A stretch of 64,000 nt of DNA from Actinomycetota bacterium (GTDB lineage Bacteria > Actinomycetota > Aquicultoria > SURF-47), in assembly GCA_003599235.1 (NCBI GenBank), contig QZJE01000013.1, forward strand, positions 78,536-142,535, in the 5' to 3' direction. The notes beneath the pieces were generated by a model. That model searched no databases, was not told the origin of the DNA, and worked only from the letters and a program-made list of their open reading frames with translations. The translations under genes were made by a program, and so were the position numbers. Below, piece after piece: positions 63,586 through 64,000 of the stretch; the first letter of the stretch is position 1, and every line of letters starts with the position of its first letter.

Positions 63586-63614
63586 ATTATACCGCTGATT
63601 AGAGTATTGGTAAA
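63586..63614 (-). promoter_or_regulatory. Putative promoter of the giant-gene operon
   Basis: The minus strand reads TTTACC (63614-63609), 17-nt spacer, TATAAT (63591-63586), about 110 nt upstream of the coding start. Confidence 0.35.
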
Positions 63615-63666
63615 CACTCATAGTGGTTAATTTGTTAACCGAATTTTGTTGTTTAGTTGAGAGGCT

Positions 63667-64000
63667 CTAGATTATTTTTAAGGCTAGGACTTGCTTGAAG
63701 CTTTCTACTACATAATCAGCCGCTTGGGCCACATCTTCAGATATGGGATTTATGGCAATTGATATGCCGCTATTTTGGAAAAGACAGAGGTCTCCGTCAG
63801 TGTCTCCAAAGGATATTACCTGGTCAGGCTTTATTTTTAGCGCTTTAAGAAGTTTTTGAAGGATTATTAATTTACCGTTAAAAGAAACGTGGACTTTTAC
63901 CTCGCCGGTTAAAACCCCGTTTTTCTCAACCAGTTCATTTGCCCACCAATACTTTATTTCAAAATCTCGAGCAACTTTTTCTGCTATTACCGAAAGCCCT
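63667..64000 (-). CDS. HAD-superfamily phosphatase (SerB-like, C-terminal fragment, runs off window)
   Basis: The minus-strand translation ...VISFGDTDGDLCLFQNSGISIAINPISEDVAQAADYVVES... carries HAD motif IV (GD..D) in a HAD-IB-like context. Stop at 63667-63669. Confidence 0.6.
   Translation of the reverse strand, partial: GLSVIAEKVARDFEIKYWWANELVEKNGVLTGEVKVHVSFNGKLIILQKLLKALKIKPDQVISFGDTDGDLCLFQNSGISIAINPISEDVAQAADYVVESFKQVLALKII

Overview
AT-rich bacterial chromosomal window, standard genetic code, densely coded and mostly on the minus strand. The order uvrC-ogt-rapZ-whiA-gap-pgk-tpiA-gpmI-cysS (48.6 kb down to 38.2 kb) is a Gram-positive-type arrangement (Actinobacteria/Firmicutes-like), so I infer an uncultivated low-GC member of that radiation. 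This is inference only.

Main blocks:
1. 0-7.3 kb: tsaB/tsaE, a family-4 UDG, hypothetical membrane, zinc-ribbon and GT-like proteins, a YbaK-like deacylase, a BrnT/BrnA toxin-antitoxin pair, and a TIGR00725 (SLOG/LOG-like) gene next to a glycine-rich membrane protein.
2. 7.4-30.7 kb: an ion-homeostasis region.
   - A membrane-anchored sulfatase-like enzyme.
   - An operon of two Na,K-ATPase-like (P2C-type) P-type ATPases flanking two TrkA/KtrA RCK genes.
   - A His-rich CPH-type copper ATPase with SHOCT and cytochrome c partners.
   - A SERCA-like Ca-ATPase and a DedA protein.
   - Interspersed: an aminotransferase, ddl, a 2-hydroxyacid dehydrogenase, tRNA-Arg(CCT), and a glucokinase-GT-secreted BNR/PKD operon.
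3. 30.9-38.1 kb: archaeal-type FBP aldolase/phosphatase, a CE4 deacetylase, glycerate kinase, a lipoprotein, a cell-wall amidase and a BNR/Asp-box propeller protein.
4. 38.2-48.7 kb: the glycolysis/whiA/uvrC supercluster.
5. 48.8-63.5 kb: the most unusual part. A small hyper-basic lipoprotein is followed by two tandem giant genes (1487 and 3242 aa). Both encode multi-catalytic extracellular carbohydrate-active proteins (GH clan-A-like barrels, CE4-like modules, four right-handed beta-helix cassettes, CBM and Ig modules) and end in an extremely Lys/Arg-rich C-terminal module.

Basic C-terminal tails of a second type occur on three other secreted proteins in the window.

Several families of short non-coding repeats are visible:
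- A GC-rich perfect palindrome, one copy of which sits in frame inside gpmI.
- Heptanucleotide-periodic stop-codon arrays placed right after stop codons.
- CA-rich/GT-rich imperfect palindromes.
- A hairpin element with inverted termini CGTCATTGCGAG.

Two genes appear to need AUU/AUA initiation. I found no CRISPR array, rRNA, transposase or integrase.
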